NCBI RefSeq assembly: GCF_004010195.1
Contig: NC_057728.1
Span: 47,712,166 to 47,776,165, forward strand
From: Chiloscyllium plagiosum
Lineage: Eukaryota
DNA length: 64,000 bases
Reading direction: 5' to 3'
The notes under the pieces were generated by a model. The model saw only the letters and a program-made list of their open reading frames with translations, was not told where the DNA came from and did no database searches. The translations under genes were made by a program, and so were the position numbers. The first letter of the stretch is position 1. Every line of letters begins with the position of its first letter. Below, one piece after another: positions 63,770-64,000 of the stretch.

Positions 63770-64000
63770 TACTCTGATGCAGTGGCCTGCAGTATTGTGA
63801 ACAATTTTGGTCCTCTTACCGGAAGACTGATGTAGTTGCATTGGAGGCAATTCAGAGGAGGTTCACTAGGTGGATTCCAGAGGTGATGTGTTTGTCTTAT
63901 GAAGAGAGATTGAGCAGTTTAGGTCTGGACTTTCTGGAGTTTACAAGCTCTAACTGAGTTTTATAAAATTCTGAAGGGGGTTGATAAAGTAGATATAGAG
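63770..64000 (+). mobile_element. Degenerate CR1 ORF2 C-terminal fragment (runs off the window)
   Basis: CAGTATTGTGAACAATTTTGG...CAGAGGAGGTTCACTAGG...TATGAAGAGAGATTG, the same motifs as 1..300. Confidence 0.7.

Overview
Eukaryotic, AT-rich, repeat-dense genomic DNA. The repeat content (CR1 LINEs, HE1-like V-SINEs, Penelope-like elements) points to a cartilaginous fish, probably a shark; this is an inference. The only host gene I can support is an LGR5 orthologue on the minus strand. Eleven consecutive LRR-coding exons, equivalent to human exons 3-13 (924 nt, 308 codons), were located by hand, all with AG/GT splice sites and phase 2-2 boundaries. Exons 1-2 and 14 onward were not found and probably lie outside the window. 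Most long ORFs in the track are CR1, L1 or Penelope fragments or their antisense shadows. The most interesting non-genic signal is a set of at least four Penelope-type repeat families. They share a minimal hammerhead ribozyme core (CTGANGA-N-stem II-GAAA-NN-TH with a palindromic helix III) and often insert as near-perfect palindromes with a one-sided 30-40 nt tail. Three of the families have copies flanked by 11-15 bp target-site duplications. Other items are a TA-flanked Tc1/mariner-pogo-type MITE, a solo LTR with a 5-bp TSD, an L1-clade 3' fragment with TSD, two deeply nested retroelement stacks and a 20-N assembly gap. No CRISPR array, rRNA or genuine tRNA gene was seen.
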